This document shows, one piece after another, positions 45,601 to 60,600 of a DNA stretch of 64,000 bases. The stretch comes from the human T2T-CHM13v2.0 reference genome, Homo sapiens. A program made the translations under genes and the position numbers. Where the stretch lies: NCBI GenBank assembly GCA_009914755.4, contig CP068257.2, forward strand, positions 2,464,001 to 2,528,000. The letters run 5' to 3'. The stretch's first letter is position 1. The number at the start of each line of letters is the position of its first letter. The notes below the pieces were generated by a model. That model was not told where the DNA came from and did not search any database. It was given only the letters and a program-made list of their open reading frames with translations.

Positions 45601-48600
45601 AGCAGAAATGTTCCAAAACCCTATGTGAGGAACAAACATTTAGATCATAGCAGGAGTGTTATGGAATCCTATGTGAGGGACAAACATTCAGAACCTCATA
45701 GCAGTGTGCTCGAATCCTCCGTGAGGAACAAACATTTAGACCCACATAGCAGTGTTCTGGAATCGTACGTGAGGTACATACACTCAGAACCCAACAGCAG
45801 TGTTCTGGATTCCTAAGTGAGGGACAAACATTTAGGCCACAGCAGTATTGTTCTGGAATCCTATGTGAGGGACAATCATTCAGACTACAGCAGGAGTGTT
45901 CTGAAATCCTATGTGAGGAACAAACATTTCGACAACAGCGGGAATGTTCTGGAATCCTATGTGTGGGACAAACATTCAGACCCTCGTCCCAGTGTTCTGG
46001 AATCCTATATGTGGGAGAAACATTCAGACACATGTAACAGTGTTCTGGAATCATACATGAGGGACCAACACTCAGAGCACGATAGCATTGTTCTGGAATC
46101 CTAAGTGAGGGACAAGCATTCAGACCACAGGAGGAGTGTTCTGGAAACCTATGGGAGGGACAAACATTCAGACAACAGCAGGAGTGTTCTGGAATCAGAT
46201 GTTAGGAACAAACATTTGGACCACAGCAGGTTTGTTCTCTAATCGTATGGGAGGGACCATCAGTCGACAGAGCGAGTGTTCTGAAATCCTATGTGAGGAA
46301 GAAACATTTAGACCAAAGCAGGAGGGTTATGGAATCCCATGTGTGGGACAAACATTCAGACCCTCATAGCAGTGTTCTGGAATATTTTGTGAGGGACAAA
46401 CCTTTAGACACACGTAGCAGTGTTCTGGAATCATACGTGAGGGACGAACACTCAGAACCCAACAGTGTTCTGGAATCCTAAGTGAGGGACAAACATTCAG
46501 TACACAGCAGGAATGTTCTGGAATCCTATGTGAGGGACAAACATTCAGAAGACAGCAGGAGTGTTCTGAAATCTTATGTGAGGAACAAACAGACCACAGC
46601 AGGAGTGTTCTGGAATCCCATGTGAGGGAGCAACATTCAGACCTTCGTAGCAGTGTTCTGGAATCCTATGTGAGGGACAAACATTCAGCACCCAACAGCA
46701 GTGTTCTGGAATCCTAAGTGAGGGACAAATATTCAGACCAAAACAGGAGTGTTCTGGAATCCTATGTGCAGGACACACATTCGTACTCCATAGCAGTGTT
46801 CTAGAATCCTATCTGAGGGACAAAGATTTATACCCACGCAGCAGTGTGATATGAGCACAGCAGGAATGATATGGAATCCTATGTGAGGGACAAACATTCA
46901 CACCACATCAGGAGCGTTCTGGAATCCTATGTGAGGGACAAATATTCAGATGACAGCAGGAGCGTTCTGAAATCCTAAGTGAGGAACAAGCATTTACACC
47001 ACAGCAGGAGTGTTCTGAAATCCTATGTAAGGAACAAACATTTAGACCACTGCAGGAGAATTCTGGAATCCTATATGCCGGACAAACATTCAGACGACAG
47101 CAGAATGGTTCTGAAATCCTATGTAAGGAGCAAACATTTAGGCCACAGGAGGAGTGATATGGAATCCTATGTTAGGGACAAACATTCAGACCCTGGTAGC
47201 AGTGTTCTTGATTCCTATGTGAGTAACACACTTTTAGACCCAAGTGGCAATGTTCTGGAATCGTACGTGAGGGACAAACAATCAGGACCCAACTGCAGTG
47301 TTCTGGAATTCTGAGTGAGGGACAAACAGTCAGTGCACAGCAGGGGTGTTCTGCAATCCTCTGTGAAGGACAGACATTCAGACGACAGTAGGAATGTTCT
47401 GAAATCCTATGTGAGGTACAAACATTTATACCACAGCAGGAGTGTTCTGGAATTTTATGTGTGGGACAAACATTCAGACCCTCATAGCAGTGTTTTGGAA
47501 TCCTATACGAGGGAGAATCATTTAGACCCACGTAGCTGTGTACTTGAATCTTACGTGAGGGACACACAGTCAGAACCCAACAGCAATGTCTCTGGAATCC
47601 TACGTGAGGTACAAACATTCAGATGACAGCAGGAGTATTCTGAAATCATAAGTGAGGAACAAACATTTCGACCACAGCAGGAGTGTTCAGGAATCCTATG
47701 TGAGAGACAAACACTCAGACAACAGCAGGAGTGTTCTGGAATCCTACGTGAGGTTCAGTCATTCATGCCCTCGTAGCAGTGTTCTGAAATCTTATCTGAG
47801 GGAGAAACACTCAGAACCCAGTAGCAGTGCTCTGGAATCGAATGTCAGGAACAGTCATTCAGACCACAGCTGGGGTGTCCTGGAATCCTACGCGTGGGAC
47901 AAACATTCAGACACTTGTAGCATTGTTCTGGAATCCTATGTGAGGGACAAACATTCAGAACACAGCAGGAGTGTTGTTGAGTCCTACGTGCGGGACAAAC
48001 ATGCAGACTCTCGTAGCATGGTTCTCGAATCCTATGTGAGGGACAAATATTTAGACCCACCTAGCAGTTTTCTTGAATCGTACGTGAGGGACAAACACTC
48101 AGAACCCAAAAACAGTTTTCTGGAACCCTAAAGGAGGGAGAAACATTCAATCCACAGCAGGAGTATAGTGGTATCCTATGTGAGGGACAAACATTCAGAC
48201 GACAGCAGGAATGTTCTGAAATCCTTAGTGAGGAACAAACATTTAGACCACAGCAGGAGTGTTCTGGAATCCTATGTGAGGGATAAACATTCAGACATTA
48301 ACAAGAGTGTTCTGCAATCCTATGTGACGTACATTCAGACCCTCGTAGCAGTGTTCTGGAATCCTATGTGAGGGAGAAACATTCAGAACCCAGCAGCAGT
48401 GTTCTGGAATCTTATGTGAGGGACAATCATTCAGACCACAGGTGGGGTGTTCTGGATTCCTACGTGTGGGGCAAACGTCCAGACCCTCGGAGAATTGTTC
48501 TGGAATCCTATGTGAGGGACATTTAGAACAAAGCAGGAGTGTTGTGGAGTCCTATGTGAGGAAAAACTTTTAGACCCTCGTAGCAATATTCTGGAATCCT

Positions 48601-51600
48601 ATGTGAGGGACAAACATTCAGACCCTCCTAGCAGTTTTCTGGAATCCTAGGTGAGGTACAATCATTCAGAACCTCGTAGCAGTGTTCTGGAATCCAATGT
48701 GAGGGAGAAACACTCAGAACCCACCAGCAGTGTTCTGGAATCCTATGAGAGAGACAATCTTTCAGACCAATACTGGGGTGCTCTGAAATCCTAAGTGTGG
48801 GATAAACATTCAGACACTCGTAGCATTCTTGTGGAATCTTATGTGAGGGACAAACATTCAGATGACAGCAGGAGTGTTCTAAAATTTTAGGTTAGGAACA
48901 AACATTTAGACCACAGCAGGAGTGTTCAGCAATCCTATGTGAGGGACAAACACTCAGACAATTGCAGGAGTGTTCTGGAATCCTATGTGAGGTTCAGTCA
49001 TTGATACCCTCATATCAGTGTTCTGGAATCCTATCTAAGTGAGAAACACTCAGAACCCAGAGGCGGTGTTTGGGAATCGCATGTCAGGGACAGTCATTCA
49101 GACCACAGCTGGGGTGTTCTGGACCCTACGTGTGGGACAAACATTCAGACCATCGTAGCATTGTTCTGAAATCCTATGTGAGGGACAAACATTCAGAACA
49201 CAGCAGGAGTGTTCTGAAGTCCTATGTGCGGGGTAAAAGTTCAGACCCTCGTAGCTGTGTCTGGAATCCTATGTGAGGGACAAACATTTAGACCCACGTG
49301 GCAGTGTTCTTGAATCGTACCTGAGGGACAAACACTCAGAACCCAACAGCAGTGTTCTGGAATCCTAAGCGAGGGACAAAAATTCAGACCACAGCAGGAG
49401 TGTTCTGGAGTCCTATGTGAGGGACTAACATTCTGAAGACAGCAGGAGTGTTCTGTAATCCTACGTGAGGAACAAGCATTTAGAACACAGCTGGAGTGTT
49501 CTGGAATCCTATGTGAGGGACATAAATTCAGACGACAGCAGGATTATTCTGAAACTCTGTGTGAGGAACAAACATTTAGACCACTGCAGGAGTGTTCTGG
49601 AATCCTATGTGTGGGACAAACATTCAGACCCTCGCAGCAGTATTCTGGAATCCTTTGTGAGGGACAAACATTCAGAACACAGCAGGAGTGTTCTGGAGTC
49701 CTATGTGTGGTACAAATATTTCGTCCCTCGTAGCAGCGTCTGGAATCATATGTGAAGGACAAACATTCAGACCCACGTGGCTGTGTTCTGGAATCGTACA
49801 AGAAGGACAAAGACTCAGAACACAACAGCAGTGTTCTGGAATCCTAAGTGAGGAACAAACTTTCAGACCACAGCAGGAGTGTTTTGGAATCCCATGTGAG
49901 GGACAAACCTTCTGAAGACAGCAGGGGTGTTCTGAAATCCTACCTGAGAAACAAACATTTAGATCACAGCTGGAGTGCTCTGGAATTCTATGTGAGGGAC
50001 AAACATTCAGACGACAGCAAGATTGTTCCGAAATCCTTTGTGAGGAACAAACATTTAGAACACAGCAGGAGTGTTCTGGAATCCTATGTGCAAGACAAAC
50101 ATTCACAACTTCGTAGCAGTGTTCTGGAATCCTATCTGAGGGAAGAACATTCAGACCCACGTAACAGTGTTCTGGAATCCTACGTGAGGGACAAACACTC
50201 AAAACAGCAGTGTTCTGGAATCCTAAGAGAGGGACATACATTCAGTCCACAGCAGTAGTGTTGTGGAATCCTATGTGAGGGACAAAAATTCAGACGACAG
50301 CAGCAGTGATCTCAAATAATATGTGAGGAACAAACTTTTAGACCACAGCAGGAGTGATCTGAAACCCATGTGAGGAACAAACATTTAGACCACAGCAGGA
50401 GTGTTGTGGAATCCTATGTGGGGGACAAACATTCAGATCCTCGTAGCAGTATTCTGGAATCCTATGTGAGGCACAAACCTTTAGACCCATGTAGCAGTGT
50501 TCTGGAATCGTACATGTGGGACAAACACTGAGAACCCAAGAGCAGTGTTCTGGAATCCTAAGTGAGGGACAAACATTCACTCCACAACAAGGGTGCTCTG
50601 GAATCCTAAGTGAGTCACAAACATTCAGACGACAGTAGGAGTCCTCTGAAATCCAATGTGAGGAACAAACATTTATACCACAGCAGAAGTGTGCTGGAAT
50701 GTTATGTGCGGGACAAATATTCAGAAACTCAAAGCAGTGTTCTCGAATCCTATGTGAGGGAGAATCATTTCGACCCATGTATCTGTGTTCTGGAATCCTA
50801 CATGAGGGAAAAACACTCAGAACCCAACAGGAGGATTGTTCTGGAATCCTATGTGAAGTACAAATATTCAGATGACAGCAGGAGTGTTCTGAAATCCTAT
50901 GCGAGGAACAAACATTTAGACCACAGCAGTTGTGTTTGGGAATACTATATGAGGGACAAACCCTCACACAATAGCACGAGTGTTCTGGAATCCTATGTGA
51001 GGTTCAGTCATTCATACTCTCGTAGCAGTGTTCTGGAATCTTATGTGAGGGAGAAACACGCAGAACCCTGCAGCAATGTTCTGGAATCGTATGTCAGGGA
51101 CAGTCATTCACACCACAGCTAAGGTGTTCTGGAATCCAACATGTGGGACAAACATTCAGACCCTCGTAGCATTGTTCTAGAATCCTATGTGAGGGAGAAA
51201 CATTCAGAAAACAGCAGAAGTGTTCTGGAGTCCTATGTGCGGGACAAACTTTCAGACCCTCGTAGCAGGGTTCTGGAATCCTATGTGAGGGCCAAATATT
51301 AGACCCACATGGCAGTGTTCTGGATTCGTACGTGAGGGACATATACTCAGAACCAACAGCAGTGTCCTGGAATCCTAAGTGGGGGACAAACATTCAGACC
51401 ACAGCAGGATTGTTCTGAAATCCTATGTGAGGAACAAACATTGAGACCACAGCAGGAGTGTTCTGGAATCCTATATGAGGGACAAACCTTCAGAAGACAG
51501 CAGGATTGTTCTGAAATCCTATGTGAGGAGCAAACATTTAGACTACAAAAGGAGTGTTCCAGAATCCTATGTGAGGGACAAATATTTAGACCCTCGTAGC

Positions 51601-54600
51601 AGTGTTCCGGAATCCTATGTGAGGGACAAATATTTAGACCCTCGTAGCAGTATTCTGGAATCCTATGTGATGGACAAACATTTAGACCCACGTAGCAGTG
51701 TTCTGGAATCATAAGTGAGGGACAAACCTTCAGACCACAGCATGAGTGTTGTGGAATCCTATGTGAGGGACAAATATTCAGACGACAGCAGAAGTGTCCT
51801 GAAGTCCTATACGAGGAACAAACCTTTGTACCACAGCCGGAGGGTTCTGGAATCCTAAGTGAAGGACAAACATTCGGAGGACAGCAGGCATGTTCTGAAA
51901 TCCTATGTGAGGAGCAAACATTTAGAACACAACAGGACTGTTCTGGAATTCTATGTGCAGGACAAACATTCAGACCCTGATAACAGTGATATGGATTCCT
52001 ATGTGAGGCATAAACTTTTAGACCCAGGTGGAAGTTTTCTGGAACGTGAGGGGCAAACACTCAGAACCCAACAGCAGTGTTCTGGAATCGTATGTGAGGG
52101 ACTAATATTCAGTCCACAGCGGGAATGTTCTAAAATCCTATGTGACGAACACACATTCAGACCACAGCAGGAGTGTTCTGGAATCCTATGTGAGAGACAA
52201 ACATTCAGATCCTGGTAGCAGTGAAATGGATCCCTATGTGAAGTACAAACTTTTAGACCGACGTGAGAGTGTTCTGTAATCTTACGTGAGGGACAAACAC
52301 TCAGAATCCAAAAGCAGTGTTCTGGAATCCTATGTGAGGGACAATCATTCAGACCACAGCTGGGGTGTTCTAGAATCCTACTTGTGGGACAAACATTCAG
52401 ACCCTGGCAACATTGTTCTGGAATCCTATGTGAGGGATAAACATTTAGAAAACAGCAGGAGTGTTCTGGAGTCCTATGCGTGGGACAAACATTCAGACTC
52501 TTGTAGCGGTGTTCTGGAATCCTATGTGAGGGACAAACATTGAGACCCTCTTACAAGTGTTCTGGAATCCTATGTGAGGTACAATTATTCAGAACCTCGT
52601 AGCAGTGTTCTGGAATCCAATGTGAGGGAGAAACACTCAGAACCCACCAGCAGTGTTCTGGAATCCTATGTGAGGAACAATCATTCAGACCAATGCTGGG
52701 GTGTTCTGAAATCCTAAGTGTGGGACAAACATTCAGACCCTCGTAGCATTGTTCTGGAATCCTATGTGAGGGACAAACATTCAGATGACAGCAGGAGTGT
52801 TCTGAAATAGTATGTGAGGAACAAACATTTAGACCACAGCAGGAGTGTTCAGGAATCCTACATGAGGGACAAACACTCAGACAATAGCAGGAGTGTTCTG
52901 GAATCCTATGTGAGGTTTAGAAATTCATACCCTCATAGCAGTGTTCTGGAATCTTATCTGAGGGAGAAACACTCAGAACCCAGCAGCAGTGTTCTGGAAA
53001 CGTATGTCAGGGACAGTCATTCAGACCACAGCTGGGGTGTTCTGGAATCCTACGTGTGGGACAAATATTCAGACCCTCGTAGCAATGTTCTGGCATCCTA
53101 TGTGAGGGAAAAGCCTTCAGACCCACGTAACAGTGTTCTGGAATCGTAAGTGAGGGAGAAACACTCAGAACCCAACAGCAGTCTTCTGGAATCTTAAGTG
53201 AGGGACATACATTCAGTCCACAGCAGAAGTGCTGTGGAATCCTATGTGAGGGACAAACATTCAGACGACCACAGGAGTGATCTGCAATAATATGTGAGGA
53301 ACAAACATTTAGACCAGAGCACGAATGTTCTGGAATCCTAAGTGAGGGACACATATTCAGCCAACAGCAGAAGTGTTCTGGAATCTTATGTGACGGACAC
53401 ACATTCAGACCACAGCAGGAGTGTTCTGCAATCCTTTGTGAGGGACAAACATTTAGACCCACATAGCAGTGTTCTGGATTCGTACGTGTGGGACAAACAC
53501 TCACATCCCAACAGTAGTGTTATGGAATCCTAAGTGAGAGACGAACATTCAGACCAAAGCAGGAGTCTTCTGGAATCCTATGTGAGGTACAATCATTCAG
53601 ACATTCATAGCAGAGTTCTGGAATCCTATCTGAGGGAGAAACATTCAGACCAGAGCAGGAGTTTTCTGGAATCCTATGTGAGGGACAATCATTCATAACA
53701 CAGCTGGGGTGTTCTGTAATCCTACGTGTTGGACAAACATTCAGACCCTCGTAGCATTGTTCTGGAATCCTACGTGAGGGACAAATATTCAGACCAGAGT
53801 AGGAGTGTTCTGGAATCCTATGTGAGGGACAATCATTCCGACCATACCTGGGGAGTTCTGGAATACTACGTGAGGTACAATCATTCAGACACTTGTAGCA
53901 GTGTTCTGGAATCCTATGTGAGGGAGAAAAACACAGAACCCAGCAGAAATATTCTGAGATCCTATGTGAGGGAGAAACATTCGGACCTCACCAGGAGTGT
54001 TCTGGAATCATATATAACAGAGAATAATTCAGAAACTCGTAGCAGGGTTCTGGAATCATATGTGATGGACAAACATTGAGAACCTCTTAGCAGTGTTCTG
54101 GAATCCTATGTGAGGGAGAAACACACAGAACCCAGCAGAAATGTTCTGGAATCCTATGTGAGGGAGAAACATTCAGACCTCAGCAGGAGAGTTCTGGAAT
54201 CCTATGTAACAGAGAATAATTCAGAAACTCGTAGCAGTGTTCTGGAATCCTATATGAGGGATAAACATTTAGACCCACGTAGCAGTGTTCTAGAATCTTA
54301 AGTGAGGACAAACACTCAGAACTCAGCAGCAGTGTTCTGGAATACTATCTAAGGGAGAAACATTCAGACCAGAGTAGGAGTGTTCTGGAATCTTACGTGA
54401 GGTACAATCATTCAGACCTTTGTACCAGTGTTCTGGAATGCTATGTGAGGGAGAAACACTCAGAAACAAGTAGCAGTGTTCTGGAATCCTAAGTGAGGGA
54501 CAAACATTCAGACCACAGCAGGAGTGTTCTGGAATCCTATGTGATGGAGAATAATTTAGAACCTCGTAGCAGTGTTCTGGAAACCTATGTGATGGACAAA

Positions 54601-57600
54601 CTTTCAGACCCTCACAGCAGTGTTCTGGAATCCTATGTGAGGGACAAACCTTTAGACACATGTAGCAGTGCTCTGGAATCCTATATGAGGGTCAAACACT
54701 CAGAACACATCAGCAGTGTTCTGGAATCCTATCTGTGGAATCCTATGTGAGGGACTAACACGCAGACTCTCGTATCAGTGTTCCAGAATCTTATGTGAGG
54801 GACAAACATTCAGACCCCCGTAGTATGGTTCTGAAATCCTAAGTGAGGGACAAACATTCAGACCATAGCAGCAGTGTTCTGGTATCCTACATGAAGAATA
54901 AACATTTAGACCCACTTAGCAGTGTTCTGGAATTGTATGTTAGGGACAAACACTCAGAACCCAGCAGCAGTGTTCTGCAATCCTATCTGAGGGAGAAACT
55001 TTCGGACCAGAGCAGGAGTGTTCGGGGATCCTCTGTGAGGTACAATCATTCAGATTTTTGTAGCAGTGTTCTGGAATCCTATGTGAGGGAGAAACACTCA
55101 GAAATCAGCAGCAGTGTTCTGGAATCCTTTGTGAGGGACAAACATTCAGACAACAGCAGCAGTGTTCTGTAATACTATGTGAGGGAAAAACATTTAGACC
55201 CACGTACTAGTGTTCTGCAATTGTACGTGAGGGACAAACCCTCAGAACCCAACCGTAGTGTTCTGGAATTCTAAGTGAGGAACAAACATTCAGACCACAG
55301 CAGGAGTGTTCTGGAATCCTATGTGATGGAGAATAATTCAGAACCTCGTAGCAGTATTCTGGAATCCTATGTGATGGACAACATTCAGACCCTCGTAGCA
55401 GTTTTCTGGAATCCTGTATGAGGGACAAACATTTAGACCCACGTAGCTGTGTTCTGGAATCATAAGTGAGGGTCAAACACTCAGAACCCAGCAGCACTGT
55501 CCTGGAATTCTATCTGTGGGAGAACCATTCAGACAAGAGCAGGAATATTCTGGAATGCTATGTGAGGGACAGTCATTCAGACACAGCTGGGGTGCTCTGG
55601 AATCCTACGTGTGGGACAAACATTCAGAACCTTGTAACATTGTTCTGGAATCCAAAGTGAGGGACAAACATTCAGACCACAGCAGGAGTGTTCTTTTATC
55701 CTACGTGAGGGACAGAGATTAATACCCTCTTAGCAGTGTTCTGTAATCCTATATGAGGTACAAACTTTCAGACAACAACAGCAGTATTCTGGAATCCTAC
55801 GTGAGGAACAAACATTCAGACCACAGGAGGAGTGTTCTGGAATCCTATGTGAGGGGCATTCAGACCACAGCAGTAGTTTTCTGGAATCCTATGTGGGGGA
55901 CTAACATTCGGACCATCGTAGCAGTGTTCTATAATCTTATGTGAGGGACAAACATTCAGACCCTCGTAGCAGTGTACTGGAATCGTTCGTGAGAGACAAA
56001 AACTCATAACCCAACAGCAGTGTTCTGGGATCCTAAGTAAGGGACAAATATTCAGACCATAGCAAGAGTGTTCTGGAATCCTACGTGATGGAGAATAATT
56101 CAGAACCTCGTAGGAGTGTTCTCGTATCCTATGTAATGGGCAAAGTTTCAGACCCTCGTACCCGTGTTCTGGAATCCTAAGTAATGGACAAACATTTAGA
56201 CCCACGTAGCAGTGTTCTGGAATCGTCGGTGAGGGACCAACTCTCAGAACCCATCAGCAGTGTTCTGGAATCCTATCTGAAGGAGAAACATTCAGACTAC
56301 AGCAGGAGTGTTCTGGAATCCTATGTGAGCTACAATCATTCAGACATTCGTAGCAATGTTGTGGAATCCTATGTGAGGGAGAAACATTCAGACCACAGCA
56401 GGAGTTTTCTGGAATCCTATGAGAGGGACAATCATTCAGTCCACAGCTGAGGTGTTCTGGAATCCTACGTGTTGGACAAACATTCAGATCACAGCCGGAG
56501 TGTTCTGGAATACTATGTGAGGGACATTCAGACCACAGCAGGAGTCTTCTGGAATCCTATGTGAGGGACAACTTTCAGACCACAGCAGCAGTGTTCTGGA
56601 ATCCTTTCTGAGGGACAAACTTTCAGACCCTCTTAGCAGTGTTCTGGAATCCTATAAGAAGGACAAATCTTTAGACCTACGTAGCAGTGTTCTGGAATCG
56701 TACGTGAGGGACAAACACTCAGAAACCAGCAGCAATTTTCTGGAATCCGCTCTGAGGTAGAAACATTCAGACCAGAGCAGAAGTGTTCTGGAATCATATG
56801 TGAGTGCAAACACTCAGAAATCAGCAGCAGTGTTCTGGAATCCGCTCTGAGGTAGAAACATTCAGACCAGAGCAGAAGTGTTCTGGAATCATATGTGAGT
56901 GCAAACACTCAGAAATCAGCAGCAGTGTTCTGGAATCCTATGTGAGAGTCAATCATTCAGACAAAATCTGGTATGATTTGGAATCCTACGTGTGGGACAA
57001 ACATTCAGACCCTCCTAGCATTGTTCTGGAATCCTCAGTGAGGGACAAACTTTCAGACGACAGCAGGAGTGTTCTGGAATCCTATGTGAAGGACCAAGAT
57101 ACAGACCATCGTAGCAGTGTTCTGGAATCCTATCTGAGGGAGAAACATTCAGACCACAGCCGGATTGTTCTGTAATCCTATGTGAGGTAAAATCATTTAG
57201 ACCCACGTAGCATTTCTCTGGAATCCTAAGTGAAGAAGACACATTCAGACCACAGGAGGAGTGTTCTGGAATCCTATGTGAGGGACAAACTTTCAGAACA
57301 CAGCAGCACTGCTCTGGAATCCCATGTGAGGGACAAACATTCAGAACCTCGTAGCAGTGTTCTGGAATATTATGTGAGGGACAAACATTCAGACTCTCGT
57401 AGCAGAGTTATGGAATCCTATGTGAAGGAGAAACATTCAGAAAAGAGAAGGAGTGTTCTGGAATCCTATCTGAGGGAGAAACATTCAGAACCTTGTAGCA
57501 GTGTTCTGGAATCCTATGTGAGGGTGAAACAGAACCCAGTAGCAGTGTTCTGGAATCTTATTTGGGGGACAATCATTCGGACCACAGATGGCGTGTTCTA

Positions 57601-60600
57601 TAATCCCATGTGTAGCACAAGCATTCAGACCCTCGTAGCACTGTTTTGGAGTCCAAAATGAGGTACATATATTCAGACAACAGCAGGAGAGTTCTGGAAT
57701 CCTATGTGAGGGACAAAAATTTAGACCACAGCAGCAGTGTTTTGAAATCTTATGTGAGGGACCAAAATTGAGACACATGAAGCCGTGTTCTGGAATCTTA
57801 TGTGAAGGACAGATATTCAGAACCCCGTAGCAGTGGTCTGGAATCCTTTGTGAGGGAGAAACACTCAGAACCCAGATGCAGTGTTCTGGAATCCTATATG
57901 AGGGACAGTCATTCAGACCACAGCTAGTGTGTTCTGGAATCCTGAGTGTGGGAGAAACATTCAGACCCTCGTAACACTGTTCAGAATCTTATGTGAGGGA
58001 AAAGCTTTCAGACCACAGCAGCAGTGTTCTGGAATCCTCTGTGAGGGACAAACATTCAGACCACAGCAGCAGAGTTCTGGAATCCTAAGACAGGGACAAA
58101 TATTCAGACCACAGCAGGAGAGTTCTGAAATCCTATGTGACAGACAAACATTTATACCCAAGTAGCAGTGTTGGAATCGTTCGTGAGGGACAAACACTAA
58201 GAAACCAACAGCAGTGGTCTATAATCATAAGTGAGGGACAAACATTCAGACGACAGCAGGAGTGTTCTGGAATCCTACGTGATGGAAAATAGTTCAGAAC
58301 CTCGTAGCAGTGTTCTCGAATCCTATGTAATGGACAAACTTTCAGACCCTCGTAGCAGTGTTCTGGAATCCTAAGTAATGGACAAACGTAGACCCACGTA
58401 GCAGTGTTCTAGAATCGTACTTGAGGAACAAACACTCAGAACCCAGCAGCAGTGTTCTGGAATCCTATCTGAGGGAGAAACATTCAGAACAGAGCAGGAG
58501 TGTTCTGGAATCCTATGTGAGGAAGAATCATTCAGACATTCGTAGCAGTGTTCTGGAATCCTATGTGAGGGAGAAACATTCAGACCAGAGCAGGAGTGTT
58601 CTGGAATCCTATGTAAGGAACAATCATTCAGAACACTGCTGGGTTTTTCTGGAATCCTACATGTGGGACAAACATTCAGACAACAGCAGGAGTGTTCTGG
58701 GATCCTATGTGAGGGACAAACATTCAGACCACAACAGCAATGTTCTGGAATCCTGGGTGAGGAACAAACATTCAGAATCCTGTAGCAGTGTTCTGGAATC
58801 TTATGTGAGGGACAAACATTCAGACCACAGCAGGAGGGTTCTGGAATCCTATGTGAAGGACAAACATTTAGACACACGTTGTAGTGTTGTGGAATCATAT
58901 GTGAGGGACAAACACTCAGAACCCAAAAGCAGTGTTCTGGAATCTTATGTGGTGGACAAATATTTAGACTCACGTAGCAGTGTTCTGGAATCGTACATGA
59001 GGGGCAAACTCTCAGAACACAGCAGCAGTGTTCTCAAATCCTATCTGAGGGAGAAACATTCAGACCAGAGCACGAGTGTTCTGGAGTGCTACGTGTGGTA
59101 CAATCATTTAGACTCTCGTAGCAGTGTTCTGGAATCCTATGTGAGGGAGAAAATTCCAGACCCCAGCAACATTGTTCTGGAATCCTATGTGAGAGAGAAA
59201 CATTCAGACCACAGCAGGAATATTCTGGAATCCTATGTGAGGGACAAACATTTAGACACATGTAGCAGTGTTCTGGAATCATAAGTGAGGGACAAACATT
59301 CAGACCAAAGCAGGAGTCTTCAGGAATCCTTTGTGAGGGACAAAATTCAGAACACAGCAGCAGTGTTCTGGAATCATATCTGAGGGACAAATTTTCAGAA
59401 CGTCGTAGCAGTGTTCTGGAATCCTATAAGTGAGACAAACATTTAGACCCACGTAGCAGTGTTCTGGAATCTTACGTGGGGGACAAACATTCAGACAACA
59501 GCAGCAGTGTTCTGGAATCCTAAATGAGGGACAAACATTTAGACCAAAGCAGCAGTGCTCTGGAATCCTACAGGAGGGTCAAACATTAAGACAAGAGCAG
59601 GAGTGTTCTAGAATCCTATGTGAGGGACAATCATTCAGGCCACACTTGGGGTGTTCTTGAATCCTGCGTGTTGGACAAATATTCAGACCCTCGTAGCATC
59701 GCTCTGGAATCTTAATTGTGCGACAAACGTTCAAACAACAGTAGTAGTGTTCTGGAATCCTAAGTGAGGGACAAACATTCAGACCACAGCAGGAATGTTC
59801 TGGAATATTACGTGACGGACAAATATTCAGACCACAGCTGGATTTTTCTGGAATCCTATGTGATTCCATTAGACCCACGTAGAAGTGTTCTGGAATCATA
59901 CGTGAGGGACAAACACTCAGAACCCAAGAGCAGTGTGCTTCAATTCTAAATGATGGACAAATATTCAGAAGACCGGAGGAGTGTTCTGGAATCCTATGTG
60001 ACGAAGAATAATTCAGAACCTCGTAGCAGTGTTCTCTAATCCTATGTGATGGACAATTTTCAGACGCTCTTAGCAATATTATAGAATCCTATGTGATGGA
60101 CAAACATTTAGACCCACTTAGCAGTGTTCTGGAATCGAACGTAAGGGACAAACACTCAGAACCCAGCAGCAGTGTTCTGGAATCCTAACTGAGGGATAAA
60201 CATGTAGACCATAGCAGGAGTCTTCTGGAATCCTATGTGAGGAACAATCGTTCAGACCACAGCTGGGGTGTTCTGGAATCCTATGTGAGGGACAAACATT
60301 CAGACCTTCATAGCATTATTCTGGAATCCTAGGTGAGGGACAAACATTGAGACCACAGCAGGAGTGTTCTGGAATCCTAAATGAGGGACAAACATTCAGA
60401 CCCTCGTAGCAGTGTTGTGGAATCATGTGAGGGACAAACATTCAGACCCTCATAACAGTGTTCTGGAATCCTAAGTGAGGGACAATCACTCATAACCCAG
60501 CAGCAGCGTTCTGGAATCCTATGTGAGGGACAAACACTCAGACTTTCGCAGGAGTGTTGTGGAATCATTTGTGAGGGACAAACATTCAGAACACAGCAGC